Positions 1 through 9,139 of a stretch of DNA of 64,000 nt are shown here, piece after piece. The stretch is from Myxococcota bacterium (GTDB lineage Bacteria > Myxococcota_A > UBA796 > SXON01). The stretch lies in assembly GCA_040386535.1 (NCBI GenBank), contig JAZKFH010000024.1:32001-96000 (forward strand). Reading direction: 5' to 3'. A model generated the notes under the pieces. The model did not search any database. It was not told the DNA's origin and saw nothing but the letters and a program-made list of their open reading frames with translations. The position numbers and the translations under genes were made by a program. The stretch's first letter is position 1, and each line of letters opens with the position of its first letter.

Positions 1-1023
1 GAACGGCTGGTACTGGATGAAGCCGGCGGGCTCGTACGTGCTGCGGAAATTCGGCACGTAGTCGAGCAGGAACGCGAACGCGACGTGGTTCTGGAGGTAC
101 TGCCCCTTGGGGCCGAAGCGGGCCACGAGGTACTTCCCGAGGTTGACCAGCCCCATGCCGTGGCGGTTGTTGAAGGCCCGGAGGATCTTCGGCACGAGCG
201 CGCGCGGCACGCCGAGGATGTGCGGCGGGAGGTCCTGGCGGGCGGGATCTAGCAAGCGGACACCGTCCGGATCCTCTCCCTCCTTGAAGTACTGGGCCAC
301 GTGCACCTGGCCGCGCCCGAGCGACGCGCCGCCGGCGATGCAGTCGACCCAGCTCACGAGATAGTCGGCGTTGGCCTCCTCCCGTTCGAAGATCTCGAAC
401 TGCTCGGCGAGCGTGCGCGCGGGGATCTGCCGCACCTTCATCCGCCCGGAGTGCACCTTCTTGAGGCGGAGCTTGATCCGCGTCATCGTGCCGAGCATGC
501 CGAAGCCCGCGATGGCGCCGTGGAACAGGTCGGCGTTCTCGTCGCGGGAGATGCGCAGGGTGTGCCCCGCCGGGGTGACGAGATCGGCCTCGACGATCGA
601 GTCCCCCGTGCCGCCGACGTGGAAGTGGTTCTTCCCGTGCACGTTCATCGCGGCGCAGCCGCCCATCGTCGCGAACATGGTGCCGGGCACCACGGAGGGC
701 CACCAGCCGAGCGGCAACGCGTGGCGCCACAACCCCTCGATCGTCACGCCCGGCTCGACCTCGGCGATCCCGGCGGCCGCGTCGAACGACAACACGCGGT
801 CCATGCCGAGGGTGTCGAGCACGATGCCTTCGCGGTTGAGCGCCGCGTCCCCGTAGGAGCGGCCGTTGCCGCGCATGCCGACGGTGAGGCCCTCGGCGGT
901 GGCGCGCGCGTAGACCTCGGCGACCTCCTCCGCGGAGCGGGGCCGGACCGTGGGAGACACGCCGCGGACGGCGAAGCCGAAGCCGTCGAGCACGCGGCGG
1001 GGAGCGAGCGCGAGAGGGCGCAT
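1..1023 (-). CDS. FAD-binding oxidoreductase, DprE1-like (VAO/PCMH family); 3' end runs off the window
   Basis: Not in the ORF track. Manual translation from ATG at 1023 gives MRPLALAPRR...GMRGNGRSYGDAALN...VEPGVTI...VVPGTMFATMGGCAAMNVHGKNH, the FAD_binding_4/DprE1-type motifs. Start overlaps the SDR stop (TGATG). Confidence 0.85.
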   Translation of the reverse strand, partial: MRPLALAPRRVLDGFGFAVRGVSPTVRPRSAEEVAEVYARATAEGLTVGMRGNGRSYGDAALNREGIVLDTLGMDRVLSFDAAAGIAEVEPGVTIEGLWRHALPLGWWPSVVPGTMFATMGGCAAMNVHGKNHFHVGGTGDSIVEADLVTPAGHTLRISRDENADLFHGAIAGFGMLGTMTRIKLRLKKVHSGRMKVRQIPARTLAEQFEIFEREEANADYLVSWVDCIAGGASLGRGQVHVAQYFKEGEDPDGVRLLDPARQDLPPHILGVPRALVPKILRAFNNRHGMGLVNLGKYLVARFGPKGQYLQNHVAFAFLLDYVPNFRSTYEPAGFIQYQPF

Positions 1024-1757
1024 CAGATGTTCGTCCGCCGGAAGATCACCGACGGGACGTTCTTGATGATCCACATGATCGGCCCCCAGATGGCGGGAAC
1101 GTAGCCCTCGCTCGCGCCGGAGCGCATCAGCGCCAGCGCCCCGTCCGCCGCCTGGTCGACGCCGATCATGAGCGGGAGCTTGAGCCCCTTGGTCATCGGC
1201 GTGTCGACCGGGCCGGGCTTGACCGTCACCACGTTCACGCCGTAGCGGGACAGGCGGTTGCGCAGCGCCTCGAGGTAGGTGGTCATCCCCGCCTTCGACG
1301 TGTGGTACGCGGGGTTGCCGCGGCGCCCGCGATCCCCCGCGACGCTGGAGATGCCGCAGATCGTGCCCTTGCGCTGCGCCTCCATGTGCGCCGACGCCAG
1401 ATCGAGCCAACACATGCCCGCGAGCAGGTTGACCTCGATCATCTCGCGGTCCTTGGCGAAGTCGTACTCGCTCTCGTCGATCCTCGGCATGACGCCAGCG
1501 TTGTAGACGATGAGGTCACAGCCGCCGAGGTCCTTCACGATCCGGTCGAACAGGGCCGGCGTGGCGTCGTAGTCGCGCACGTCGTGGGCGTAGCCGGTCA
1601 CCTTTCCGCCCGTGTCTCCCGCGATCCGGTCGAGCTCGGTCTTGCGACGCGCCACGGCGGCCACCCGCGTGCCGCCCGCGGCGAGCTTGCGCACCATGGC
1701 CTCGCCGATCCCGGAGGAGGCGCCGACGATGATGGCGGTGGAGAAGGGGGCAGACAT
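1023..1757 (-). CDS. Short-chain dehydrogenase/reductase, DprE2-like
   Basis: Start reassigned to MSAPFSTAIIVGASSGIG. Contains NAG, SSVAGDRGRRGN, catalytic YHTSK and VKPGPVDTPMT. Confidence 0.85.
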   Translation of the reverse strand: MSAPFSTAIIVGASSGIGEAMVRKLAAGGTRVAAVARRKTELDRIAGDTGGKVTGYAHDVRDYDATPALFDRIVKDLGGCDLIVYNAGVMPRIDESEYDFAKDREMIEVNLLAGMCWLDLASAHMEAQRKGTICGISSVAGDRGRRGNPAYHTSKAGMTTYLEALRNRLSRYGVNVVTVKPGPVDTPMTKGLKLPLMIGVDQAADGALALMRSGASEGYVPAIWGPIMWIIKNVPSVIFRRTNI

Positions 1758-1806
1758 GGCGGGCGCTCCGCGCGGCACAGGTTCGAAGAGGCGGCAACGT
1801 AGCCCG

Positions 1807-2625
1807 TCACGAACGGATGCGACCGTCCTCCGCGACCACGAAGGGACCCGTGGGGATCTGCAAAGGATCGAGGCGCGCTTTCGCGAGCGGACCGGGCGGC
1901 AGGCCGAGCAGCGGGAGCAGGAGCGCCCACACCCGATCGGGCGTCCATCCGGCCTCCCGCAACGCCGCGATTCCGGCGCTGCCGTGGGACTTGGACAACT
2001 TCCGCCCGTCCCCGCCGAGGAGCACGGGCACGTGCAGCCACGTCGGCGGCCGGAGGCCGAGCGCCTCGTACAGGCGCACCTGGACCGCGGTGGCATCGAG
2101 CAGATCGCCGCCGCGGACCACCTCCGTGACGCCGTCACGGGCGTCGTCCAGCACTACGGCCAGCGGGTAGGCGGCCTCGCCGTCGGCGCGCACGAGCACG
2201 GGATCATCCTCGGGGACGATGTCGCACGGCCCGCGCGCGCGGTCGACGAACGCGACGGAGCCCGGCGGCGTGCGGAACCGCCACACGCCCGCGGCGTGGT
2301 CCGCGTCCCGGCACACGCAGCCCCGCGCGAGGCGCGCCGCGCGGTTGCAGGTGCATCGGTAGGTGGCGAGCCCGTCGAGCGGGTACGTCCGCTGCGACTG
2401 GGGTGTCACCTCCTCGTCCCAGTCGATGCCGAGCCAGACCAGATCGGCGCGCTGGGCCGCCGCCACGTCGTCACGCGCACGCCCACGGTCGAGGTCCTCC
2501 ACGCGCAGGAGCACGCGCCCGCCGGCGTTGCGGACGGAGAGCCACGCGGCGCCGAACGCCAGGGCGTTCCCCAGGTGGAGGAGGCCGGAGGGGGTGGGGG
2601 CGAGGCGGCCGATGGGCGAGGACAT
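1807..2625 (-). CDS. gluQ: Glutamyl-Q tRNA(Asp) synthetase (GluRS catalytic-domain paralog)
   Basis: GRLAPTPSGLLHLGN (HIGH), LRVEDLD, YPLAVVLDD, VVRGGDLL, KLSKS; 272 aa with no anticodon-binding domain. Confidence 0.85.
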   Translation of the reverse strand: MSSPIGRLAPTPSGLLHLGNALAFGAAWLSVRNAGGRVLLRVEDLDRGRARDDVAAAQRADLVWLGIDWDEEVTPQSQRTYPLDGLATYRCTCNRAARLARGCVCRDADHAAGVWRFRTPPGSVAFVDRARGPCDIVPEDDPVLVRADGEAAYPLAVVLDDARDGVTEVVRGGDLLDATAVQVRLYEALGLRPPTWLHVPVLLGGDGRKLSKSHGSAGIAALREAGWTPDRVWALLLPLLGLPPGPLAKARLDPLQIPTGPFVVAEDGRIRS

Positions 2626-2695
2626 GCGTGGATGCCGGGCTGGCGGCGGGCGTAAACGGGCTCTCTAACGGCTCGGGCCGACGCCTCGGGGCCGC

Positions 2696-3853
2696 CTACC
2701 GCTCGTCCGCGCCGATGTCCGGCGTCGCGTCGCGCGCGTCCCCGTCGATGTCGTCCGCGATGCCCGCGAGCACGGCGCCCGCGTCGATTGCCTCGCTGCC
2801 GTCGGCGAGGTGGAGGTCCCCCGCGGCCGCGTCGGCGAAGTCGCCCGCCGTCGGGGTCAGGTTGTCGGAGGCCACGCCGCCGCCGCCGTCGGACAGGCTC
2901 GCGAGGTTGTTCGCCAGCACGAGCCCCTCGGAGAACGCCCACGCGAGGTCACCGCCCCAGATGGACGCGTGCGCGACCGTGCCGCCGCACGCATCCTCGA
3001 CGCGCACCCCGCCGCCGACCACGAACACGTTGCGTACCTCGCCGCCGTAGTGGCCCACCGATGTACGTTCGGGGCAGGCGGCGTCGCTGTAGACGCGCTC
3101 GTCGCCCTCTTCGTACTCGGCCTCGCCCAGCGCGATGGCGGCGCCACCGCCCGTCGTGACCCGGATCCGCTCGATCAGCGTGTCCCGGCTCCCCGTCGCG
3201 AACCGGATCCCCGGCTCGTCGCAGCCCGGCGCGTCGATCGTGGCGCCGTACACGTGCGCGCCCGACGCCTGCACCCCGTCGATGCCGACGGCGCACGTGT
3301 CCGTGCGGACCACGCGCACGCAGGCGACCACGGCGTCGTCGCTGTAGACGCCGCGGTCGGGGAGCACGGCCACGCCGATGTCCCCGGGATCCTGGATCAC
3401 GACGCCATACACACGCGCGCCGGTCGCGCCGCGGATCGCCACGGCGTTCCCCGAGGCGTGCGAGACCGTGACCTCGGCGAGCAGGGCGCCACCGCCGAGC
3501 GTCACGAGCTCGGTCGTGGCGTACCCGCCCTCGAGCACGACCGACGCGGGATCGCCGGAGGCGGAGCGGACGGTCACGCCGGGGGCGATCGCGAGGTTGT
3601 GGAAGCTGTCGCCGCCGGTCAGCGTGTACGTGCCGTCGTCCAGGAGGTAGACGGCGCCCGGCGGAGCGGTGGCGAGGGTCTCGCGGAGGGTGTTCGCGTC
3701 CTCGGGGCCGACGCGGAAGCCGTTGCCCGCCGGCAGCGTGGCGCAGTCGGCCGGCAGCGCGATCGGCGCGGGGAGCACGGCGGTGTCGTCGTCCTTCCCG
3801 TCCGGATCGGTGCAGCCGACCAGCGCGAGGACGGCCACGAGGGCCCTACCCAC
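2696..3853 (-). CDS. Lipoprotein with probable right-handed beta-helix (pectin-lyase-like) fold
   Basis: Lipobox LVGC, YLLDDGTY, repeated beta-strand segments, C-terminal DLHLADGSEAIDAG...DIDGDARDATPDIGADE motif typical of such proteins. Confidence 0.6.
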   Translation of the reverse strand: MGRALVAVLALVGCTDPDGKDDDTAVLPAPIALPADCATLPAGNGFRVGPEDANTLRETLATAPPGAVYLLDDGTYTLTGGDSFHNLAIAPGVTVRSASGDPASVVLEGGYATTELVTLGGGALLAEVTVSHASGNAVAIRGATGARVYGVVIQDPGDIGVAVLPDRGVYSDDAVVACVRVVRTDTCAVGIDGVQASGAHVYGATIDAPGCDEPGIRFATGSRDTLIERIRVTTGGGAAIALGEAEYEEGDERVYSDAACPERTSVGHYGGEVRNVFVVGGGVRVEDACGGTVAHASIWGGDLAWAFSEGLVLANNLASLSDGGGGVASDNLTPTAGDFADAAAGDLHLADGSEAIDAGAVLAGIADDIDGDARDATPDIGADER

Positions 3854-4430
3854 CCTTGAGCACCGACTCGACCGCGGCGTACTCGGGCTCGCTCACGGAG
3901 CCCATCCGCACGCAGCGCACGCGCTGCTCGGGATCGACGAAGAGGTGCACAGGGATGACGGCGCTGGCGTCGAGCCCGACGGAGGTGAGCCACCCGCCGA
4001 GCTGGGTGAGATCGCCGAGGCGCATGCTGGGCGGCGCGGTCGGGTGGTTGCCGCGCCACTTCGTCACGTCCTCCGCCTTCGCGTCGACCGAGAGGAACTG
4101 GAGCGTCACGTCCACGCCGGCCTTGGCGAGGCGGGCCTGCCACTGCACGAGCATCGGCATCTCCTCGACGCACGGCTCGCACCAGGTGGCCCACAGGTTG
4201 ACCCACGTCCAGCCGTTGCCCTTGGCCATCGGAGCGCCGTCGAGCGTCGGGAGCGTGAAGGTCTTCGCGGTCTCGGCGGTGGCGCGCACCTCGCAGAACT
4301 CGTCGACCGAGGTCTGCTTCACGGGCGCGGCCGGGATCGCGTCGAAGCGGGACGGGGGCGGGGCCGCGGGGGCCGAGGGCTCGCCGGAGCAGGCCACGAG
4401 CGCGAGGAGGGGCGTGAGGAGCGTGATCAT
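3846..4430 (-). CDS. TlpA/ResA-like thioredoxin-fold lipoprotein
   Basis: Lipobox LVAC and WVNLWATWCEPCVEEMP. Start probably MITLLTPLL (ATG 4430), overlapping the upstream stop. Confidence 0.85.
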   Translation of the reverse strand: MITLLTPLLALVACSGEPSAPAAPPPSRFDAIPAAPVKQTSVDEFCEVRATAETAKTFTLPTLDGAPMAKGNGWTWVNLWATWCEPCVEEMPMLVQWQARLAKAGVDVTLQFLSVDAKAEDVTKWRGNHPTAPPSMRLGDLTQLGGWLTSVGLDASAVIPVHLFVDPEQRVRCVRMGSVSEPEYAAVESVLKGG

Positions 4431-5122
4431 AGGCGGCAATCGATCCAGGCGATGAAGGCCGAGCGGTTCAGATCCTGGGGCTGGCAGGCCTCCGTGGCGC
4501 CGCTACGCTGCCAGGAGCAGAACTCCTCGTCGAGCTGCTGGACCTCCTCGCCGAGCCAGAGGAGCCCGAGCTCCTTGTCGAGGTCGGGGTCGTTGAACTT
4601 CGTCTTGAGGTGGGTGAGCACCGACTCGCCGCGCTTCTGGGAGAGGTCCCGGTTGAAGACCTCCGAGCCCTCGGGCGAGGAGCGCGCGACCACGAAGAAG
4701 TAGCTGGCGCCGCGCTGATCGGCGAACAGCTGCTCGAGGAGGGCGGCGTCCCCGGGGTCGAGCTCGGCGGACTCCTTGTCGAACTGGATGATGCCGGCGC
4801 GGTCCGCCAGTGGCGCGAACAGGGCGTTGAAGTCCCCCCCCGCCACGGTCGCGACGTTCTTCGCCTCGAGGGGCTGGCAGCCGCGCACCTCGCCGTTGGA
4901 GAGCAGGCCGCAGCTCTGGAGCACGCGGCGGAGCACCTTCTTCAGGTCGGCCGAGCAGTAGCCCTCGTCCGCGGCGGAGGCGACGGCCACGGCGGGCGCG
5001 TCGGAGGGCGCGACCTTGGACTCTTCCAGGCGGTCGCCCGCGGAGGACACCCACGACCCGGTGAGCGTGGTGGGGACGAGCAGGGCGGCGGCCGCGATTC
5101 CGAGGTGGATACCGGTGTTCAT
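4427..5122 (-). CDS. Exported Cys-rich protein with an OmpA-like C-terminal domain
   Basis: N-terminal signal; IQFDKESAEL, ARSSPEGSEVFNRDLSQKRGESV and LNRSA resemble OmpA_C; six Cys. Confidence 0.6.
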   Translation of the reverse strand: MNTGIHLGIAAAALLVPTTLTGSWVSSAGDRLEESKVAPSDAPAVAVASAADEGYCSADLKKVLRRVLQSCGLLSNGEVRGCQPLEAKNVATVAGGDFNALFAPLADRAGIIQFDKESAELDPGDAALLEQLFADQRGASYFFVVARSSPEGSEVFNRDLSQKRGESVLTHLKTKFNDPDLDKELGLLWLGEEVQQLDEEFCSWQRSGATEACQPQDLNRSAFIAWIDCRL

Positions 5123-6363
5123 TGCGCAGCTCCCTTGGTCTGGTTCTCGAGCAGGCGGGTCAACGCGTACTCCATGCCGAGGTCGGTGTCCTCGTCACAG
5201 AGCTTCATGCCGTTGACGTAGAGCTGCGGCGTGAGCACCGCGAGCTGGTTGGCGACTGCCCAGCGAAGCGACTTGTTCAGCTTCGACTTCACCGCCGCGC
5301 TGCCGAGGCAGCTCTTCATCTCGGGGAAGCGCTGGAGGACCATCGCGCCGGCCGCCGCGGGATCGGCCTTGGCGGCTTCGCGGATCTCGGTCTGGTTCTC
5401 GAACGCCCAGTCCACCACCGCATCGGCCTTGCCGGGCTCCGCGCAGAGCACGGCCTCGCTGACGGTGCAGGCGCCGGGGTGCAGCGCGCTGCCGACCATC
5501 CAGTTGCAGGTGTTGTCGAGCGGGAACATGATCGCCTTGCGGGACATCTGGTCCTCGAGACCGGACGCCGCGAGGCGGGTCTCGAAGCCCTTGCACGCGG
5601 GGCAGAGCGGGTCGAACACCTCGATGGCCTCGGCGCCTTGGCCCTGCGGCCCGAGCGGCACCATCACGCCGTACGGATCCTCGGGCTTCGCGAGCGACCC
5701 GCAGGTGCCGGTGAAGCCGGAGTAGTCGGGCATGGCGATGAGGTACACGAGCACGGGGACGGCGACGAAGCCGACGCCTTGCCCGAAGGACACGCCGTGC
5801 TCGCGCAGATCGCCGATGCCGTTGTCGTTGTCCTCGCCGAGGATGCCGATCTCGGAGCCGAGCCCCGGCTGACCGCTCGCGCGCAGCTCGAGCAGCGCGG
5901 CGACGAAGCACACGAGGCTGGAGACGTAGATGCCGATGCAGAGCTTGCAGGCGGCATCGAGCTCGACGAGGGAGAGGTACCCGAACACCAGCGACGTGAG
6001 CAGCGGGAGCGCGGCGGCGGCCACGAGGAAGATGCGCGGGCCCTGCTCGTCGGAGCGGCGGTTGACCAAGAGGTCGAGGCCACGGAAGAGGAGGAACGCG
6101 AAGACCGACATCGCGGGCAGCGAGACGGGGAGCCCGCCCCAGAGAATGCCGCGGAACACGGACGAGTACGGGCTCATCATCGTGGTGTGGCAGCCCGAGG
6201 CGCCGCTGGCGTCGGGGTTGTCGAGGCCGGGGATGAACGAGCAGTGGATGCTGTGGACCTGCCGGTCCAGGTGCTCGACGAAATCGTGCGTGGAGAAGCC
6301 GGCGAAGAACAGCCCGGCGGCGGCGGCCACGACGAACAGAATGGTGTAGGGCGAAAAGCGCAT
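5119..6363 (-). CDS. VKOR (vitamin K epoxide reductase) domain fused to a thioredoxin/DsbA-like domain
   Basis: Start reassigned to MRFSPYTILF (ATG 6363). Loop cysteines (HCSF...GC), SPYS, four TM segments, CKLC, then DPLCPAC, DNTCN and a cis-Pro TP loop. Confidence 0.85.
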   Translation of the reverse strand: MRFSPYTILFVVAAAAGLFFAGFSTHDFVEHLDRQVHSIHCSFIPGLDNPDASGASGCHTTMMSPYSSVFRGILWGGLPVSLPAMSVFAFLLFRGLDLLVNRRSDEQGPRIFLVAAAALPLLTSLVFGYLSLVELDAACKLCIGIYVSSLVCFVAALLELRASGQPGLGSEIGILGEDNDNGIGDLREHGVSFGQGVGFVAVPVLVYLIAMPDYSGFTGTCGSLAKPEDPYGVMVPLGPQGQGAEAIEVFDPLCPACKGFETRLAASGLEDQMSRKAIMFPLDNTCNWMVGSALHPGACTVSEAVLCAEPGKADAVVDWAFENQTEIREAAKADPAAAGAMVLQRFPEMKSCLGSAAVKSKLNKSLRWAVANQLAVLTPQLYVNGMKLCDEDTDLGMEYALTRLLENQTKGAAQ

Positions 6364-6385
6364 GGAGGGGAGCCCCTTGAGGGGC

Positions 6386-6414
6386 CGTATGAACCCGTTC
6401 TGGCGCGCTGTCAA
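6386..6414 (-). promoter_or_regulatory. Putative sigma-70 promoter for the VKOR operon
   Basis: Minus strand reads TTGACA-N17-CATACG, ending 22 nt upstream of the ATG at 6363. Confidence 0.45.
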
Positions 6415-6469
6415 GAGCTGGCTCGTGTTCGAGTTGTGCGATGATCCCGTAAATGCCCCCGGAGACGAG

Positions 6470-7798
6470 ATGTCTTGCGCCCTGCCCGTCCTCTTGCTTC
6501 TCGCCGCCTGCGCGGCCGATCCCTCGGCGGACGGCACGGTGCGGACCGCGCCCCGCGGCGACGATCGCGGCGCGGACGACACGGGCGAGGCCGATTCGGA
6601 CACCGACACCGACACCGACACCGACACGGACACGGACACCGATTCCGACACGGACACCGACACCGACACGGACACCGACACCGACACGGACACGGTGACG
6701 GGCTGCACGGCGCTCGGCCCGGCCCGCGCGCGCTGCGGGCTCGCGACCGCGGCGGACTGGGCATCCGGGGACAGCGCCGGGGTCACCGTCGCCGACGACG
6801 TGCGCCTCGCCGCCACCGGGCTCACGTCGGGCACCGACACGACCGGCGCGTACAACGGCGGGACCTACTTCTACGGCTCGATCACCTCCGACGCGCTCGT
6901 GCCCGGGCTCGCCTTCGACGGCATCGTGCCCTCGTGGAACGCCACCACCCCCGCCGGGACGTGGATCTCCATCCAGGTGCAGGCGCGCGTGGGCGGCACG
7001 TGGACCGGCTGGTACCGCCTCGGCGTGTGGGCCTCGGGCGACACGGACGTGGCCCGCCACTCCTTCGACAACGAGGACGACGCGTACGGCGAGGTGTGGA
7101 CCGACACCGTGCTGCTCGAGTCCCCCGCCGACGCCGTGCGCATCCGCGCCACGTTGTTCTCGGAGGACGGGGTGGCCTCCCCCACCCTGACCCGCCTCGC
7201 CGTCGCGCTGGCCGACACGAGCGCCGGGCGCGGCGCCGACGCCGGCGGCCTCGCCTGGGGCACGCGCCTCGACGTACCGGCGCGCTCCCAGATGGTGTTC
7301 GACGAGGGCGAGGCGTGGTGCAGCCCCACCTCGGTGTCCATGCTCCTCGCGTGGTGGGCCGACCAGACGGGGGTGGCCCGCTACGACGTGTCCGTGCCCG
7401 AGGCCGCGGACGGCACCTGGGACTCCACGTACGGCGGCAACGGCAACTGGCCGTTCAATGTCGCTTATGCCGCCTCGCTCGGCCTCGACGGCGAGGTCGC
7501 CTGGTTCGACTCCATCGACGATCTCGAGCCCTGGATCGCCGCGGGCTCGCCGGTCGCCATCTCCGCGGCATGGGACCCCGGCGACATCGACGACGCGCCC
7601 ATCTCGTCCACGGCGGGGCACCTGCTCGTCGTCACCGGCTTCACCAGCGACGGGGACGTGTACGTGAACGATCCGGCGTCCGCCTCGGACGCGACGGTGT
7701 CGCGCACCTACGATCGCCGCCAGATCGAGGCCGCGTGGCTCGGCGGGTCGGACGGGGTGGCGTACGTGTTGTGGGACGGGGCGCGGCCGGGGCCGTAG
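6470..7798 (+). CDS. C39-like peptidase family lipoprotein with an Asp-Thr linker
   Basis: Lipobox LAAC; LDVPARSQ, WCSPTSVSM (catalytic Cys), GNWPFN, GHLLVVTGF (His), VNDPA (Asp). Confidence 0.8.
   Translation: MSCALPVLLLLAACAADPSADGTVRTAPRGDDRGADDTGEADSDTDTDTDTDTDTDTDSDTDTDTDTDTDTDTDTVTGCTALGPARARCGLATAADWASGDSAGVTVADDVRLAATGLTSGTDTTGAYNGGTYFYGSITSDALVPGLAFDGIVPSWNATTPAGTWISIQVQARVGGTWTGWYRLGVWASGDTDVARHSFDNEDDAYGEVWTDTVLLESPADAVRIRATLFSEDGVASPTLTRLAVALADTSAGRGADAGGLAWGTRLDVPARSQMVFDEGEAWCSPTSVSMLLAWWADQTGVARYDVSVPEAADGTWDSTYGGNGNWPFNVAYAASLGLDGEVAWFDSIDDLEPWIAAGSPVAISAAWDPGDIDDAPISSTAGHLLVVTGFTSDGDVYVNDPASASDATVSRTYDRRQIEAAWLGGSDGVAYVLWDGARPGP
6593..6694 (+). repeat. Coding hexamer tandem repeat GACAC(C/G) encoding a (DT)n linker
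   Basis: About 17 dipeptide units directly visible. Confidence 0.95.
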
Positions 7799-7819
7799 CG
7801 GCACGTGCATCCGGGCGTT

Positions 7820-7836
7820 GCGGGGCGGAGCCCCGC
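7820..7836. terminator. Short GC hairpin between convergent genes
   Basis: GCGGGGC-GGA-GCCCCGC inverted repeat; no U-tract. Confidence 0.35.
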
Positions 7837-7853
7837 CCCAAGAGCGTCGTGAC

Positions 7854-8684
7854 CTACAACCCCGCCGCGTCGAACCGGCGCGGCGTGATCCCCGACGCCT
7901 TCTGGAGCGGCAGCGGATCGACCGTGTCGTTGGTCGCGAACGTCGCGAGCGTGTCGGAGGAGAAGTTCTTCAGGAACCGGCCCCCGATCTTCGCCAGCAC
8001 CTCGGGGACCTCGACGATGCGGGCCTTCTTGCGGCCCGACGCGGCGGCGATGCGCTCGATGATCTCGCGCACGGTGATCGCCTCGGGCCCGCCCGCGTCG
8101 TAGGCGGCGTTCCACACGCCGCGGTCGAGCAGCGCGAGGATGGCGCCGTTGAAGTCGTCCACGTGGACCGGCTGGCGGAGCACCTCGGCCGAGCCGGGCA
8201 CGGGCACGAACGGGGCGCGGCGGACGAGGTTCGCGAGGGTGGCGAAGCTCTCGACGTGCGTCGGCTTGTGCGTGGCGTGCGGGGGGCCCCAGGGCGCGCA
8301 CGGGCGCACGATCAGCCACGGCTTGTCCGACGCCATGACGCGGGCCTCGTCCTCCACGCGCGAGTCGGCATACGCGTTCTTGCGCGGCCAGTGCACCATC
8401 GTGCTCGAGGCGTACACCAGCGGAAAGCCCCACTCGAGCACCGCGTCGAGCATCTTGCGGTTCTGCTCGCGCGCGTCGGGCGCCATGACCTTGGCGGCGA
8501 GGTGCACCACGACGTCGACCTTCGCGGGCGAGAACGAGGTGATGTCCGCGGTGACGGACTTCACGTTGTCGACCATCATCGGCGTGTTGCGCCAGAGCCC
8601 GAGCACGTCGTGGCCCTTGGCCGCGGCCAGCGAACAGAAGTGCACCCCGACGAACGAGGAGGCGCCGGTGACCAGGATCCTCAA
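7854..8684 (-). CDS. NAD-dependent epimerase/dehydratase family protein
   Basis: Start reassigned to TTG (LRILVTGASSFVG), overlapping the upstream stop. Contains VVVHLAA, YASS, YADSR, QPVHVDD. Confidence 0.75.
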   Translation of the reverse strand: MRILVTGASSFVGVHFCSLAAAKGHDVLGLWRNTPMMVDNVKSVTADITSFSPAKVDVVVHLAAKVMAPDAREQNRKMLDAVLEWGFPLVYASSTMVHWPRKNAYADSRVEDEARVMASDKPWLIVRPCAPWGPPHATHKPTHVESFATLANLVRRAPFVPVPGSAEVLRQPVHVDDFNGAILALLDRGVWNAAYDAGGPEAITVREIIERIAAASGRKKARIVEVPEVLAKIGGRFLKNFSSDTLATFATNDTVDPLPLQKASGITPRRFDAAGL

Positions 8685-9139
8685 GATTGACCTCGAATGG
8701 CGATGAGTACGGCGACGCCGGGGCCGAAGCGGTGCAGGTCGGGCAGGAACCCCGCGGCGCGGGACCAGGCCTCGATGGTGGCGGTGGTCTGGACGTGCTC
8801 CAACGCGTCGCCGAACTGCTCGGGCGCGTCGATGTCGGCGGGCGGGAACGACCACATCACGTCGCCGACGACGAGCAGGCCGCGGGGCGGAAGCAGGCGG
8901 GCGGCGGTCTGGATGAGGGCGCGTTGCGCGGCGGGCTGCAGCCGGCGGAGAGCGCCGTGGAGACAGATGATCGAGAGCCCGGCCGGCGGGTCGACCAGGG
9001 CGTCGCGACGCACGAGGGTGTGCACGCGGGGGGCGAGCTCCGCAGCCACGGCGTTATCGCCGATGTAGAGGACGATGTCCTCGGGCGTGGCGGAGCACGC
9101 CTCGACCACCACCCGCGCCGTCACTCCTGCCCAGTCCAC
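8681..9139 (-). CDS. Hypothetical protein with a degenerate class I SAM-methyltransferase-like fold
   Basis: C-terminal part of the long ORF; GTG start after GGAGG. LHGALRRL...ARLLPPRGLLVVGDV and WSRAAGF resemble the C-terminal half of a methyltransferase; no intact GxG motif. Confidence 0.45.
   Translation of the reverse strand: MDWAGVTARVVVEACSATPEDIVLYIGDNAVAAELAPRVHTLVRRDALVDPPAGLSIICLHGALRRLQPAAQRALIQTAARLLPPRGLLVVGDVMWSFPPADIDAPEQFGDALEHVQTTATIEAWSRAAGFLPDLHRFGPGVAVLIAIRGQS

Noticed and set aside
5119..6855. 578-aa VKOR with a (VS)n N-terminal extension
   Set aside because: The extension is the antisense reading of the DT repeat of the divergent peptidase; the real start is at 6363.
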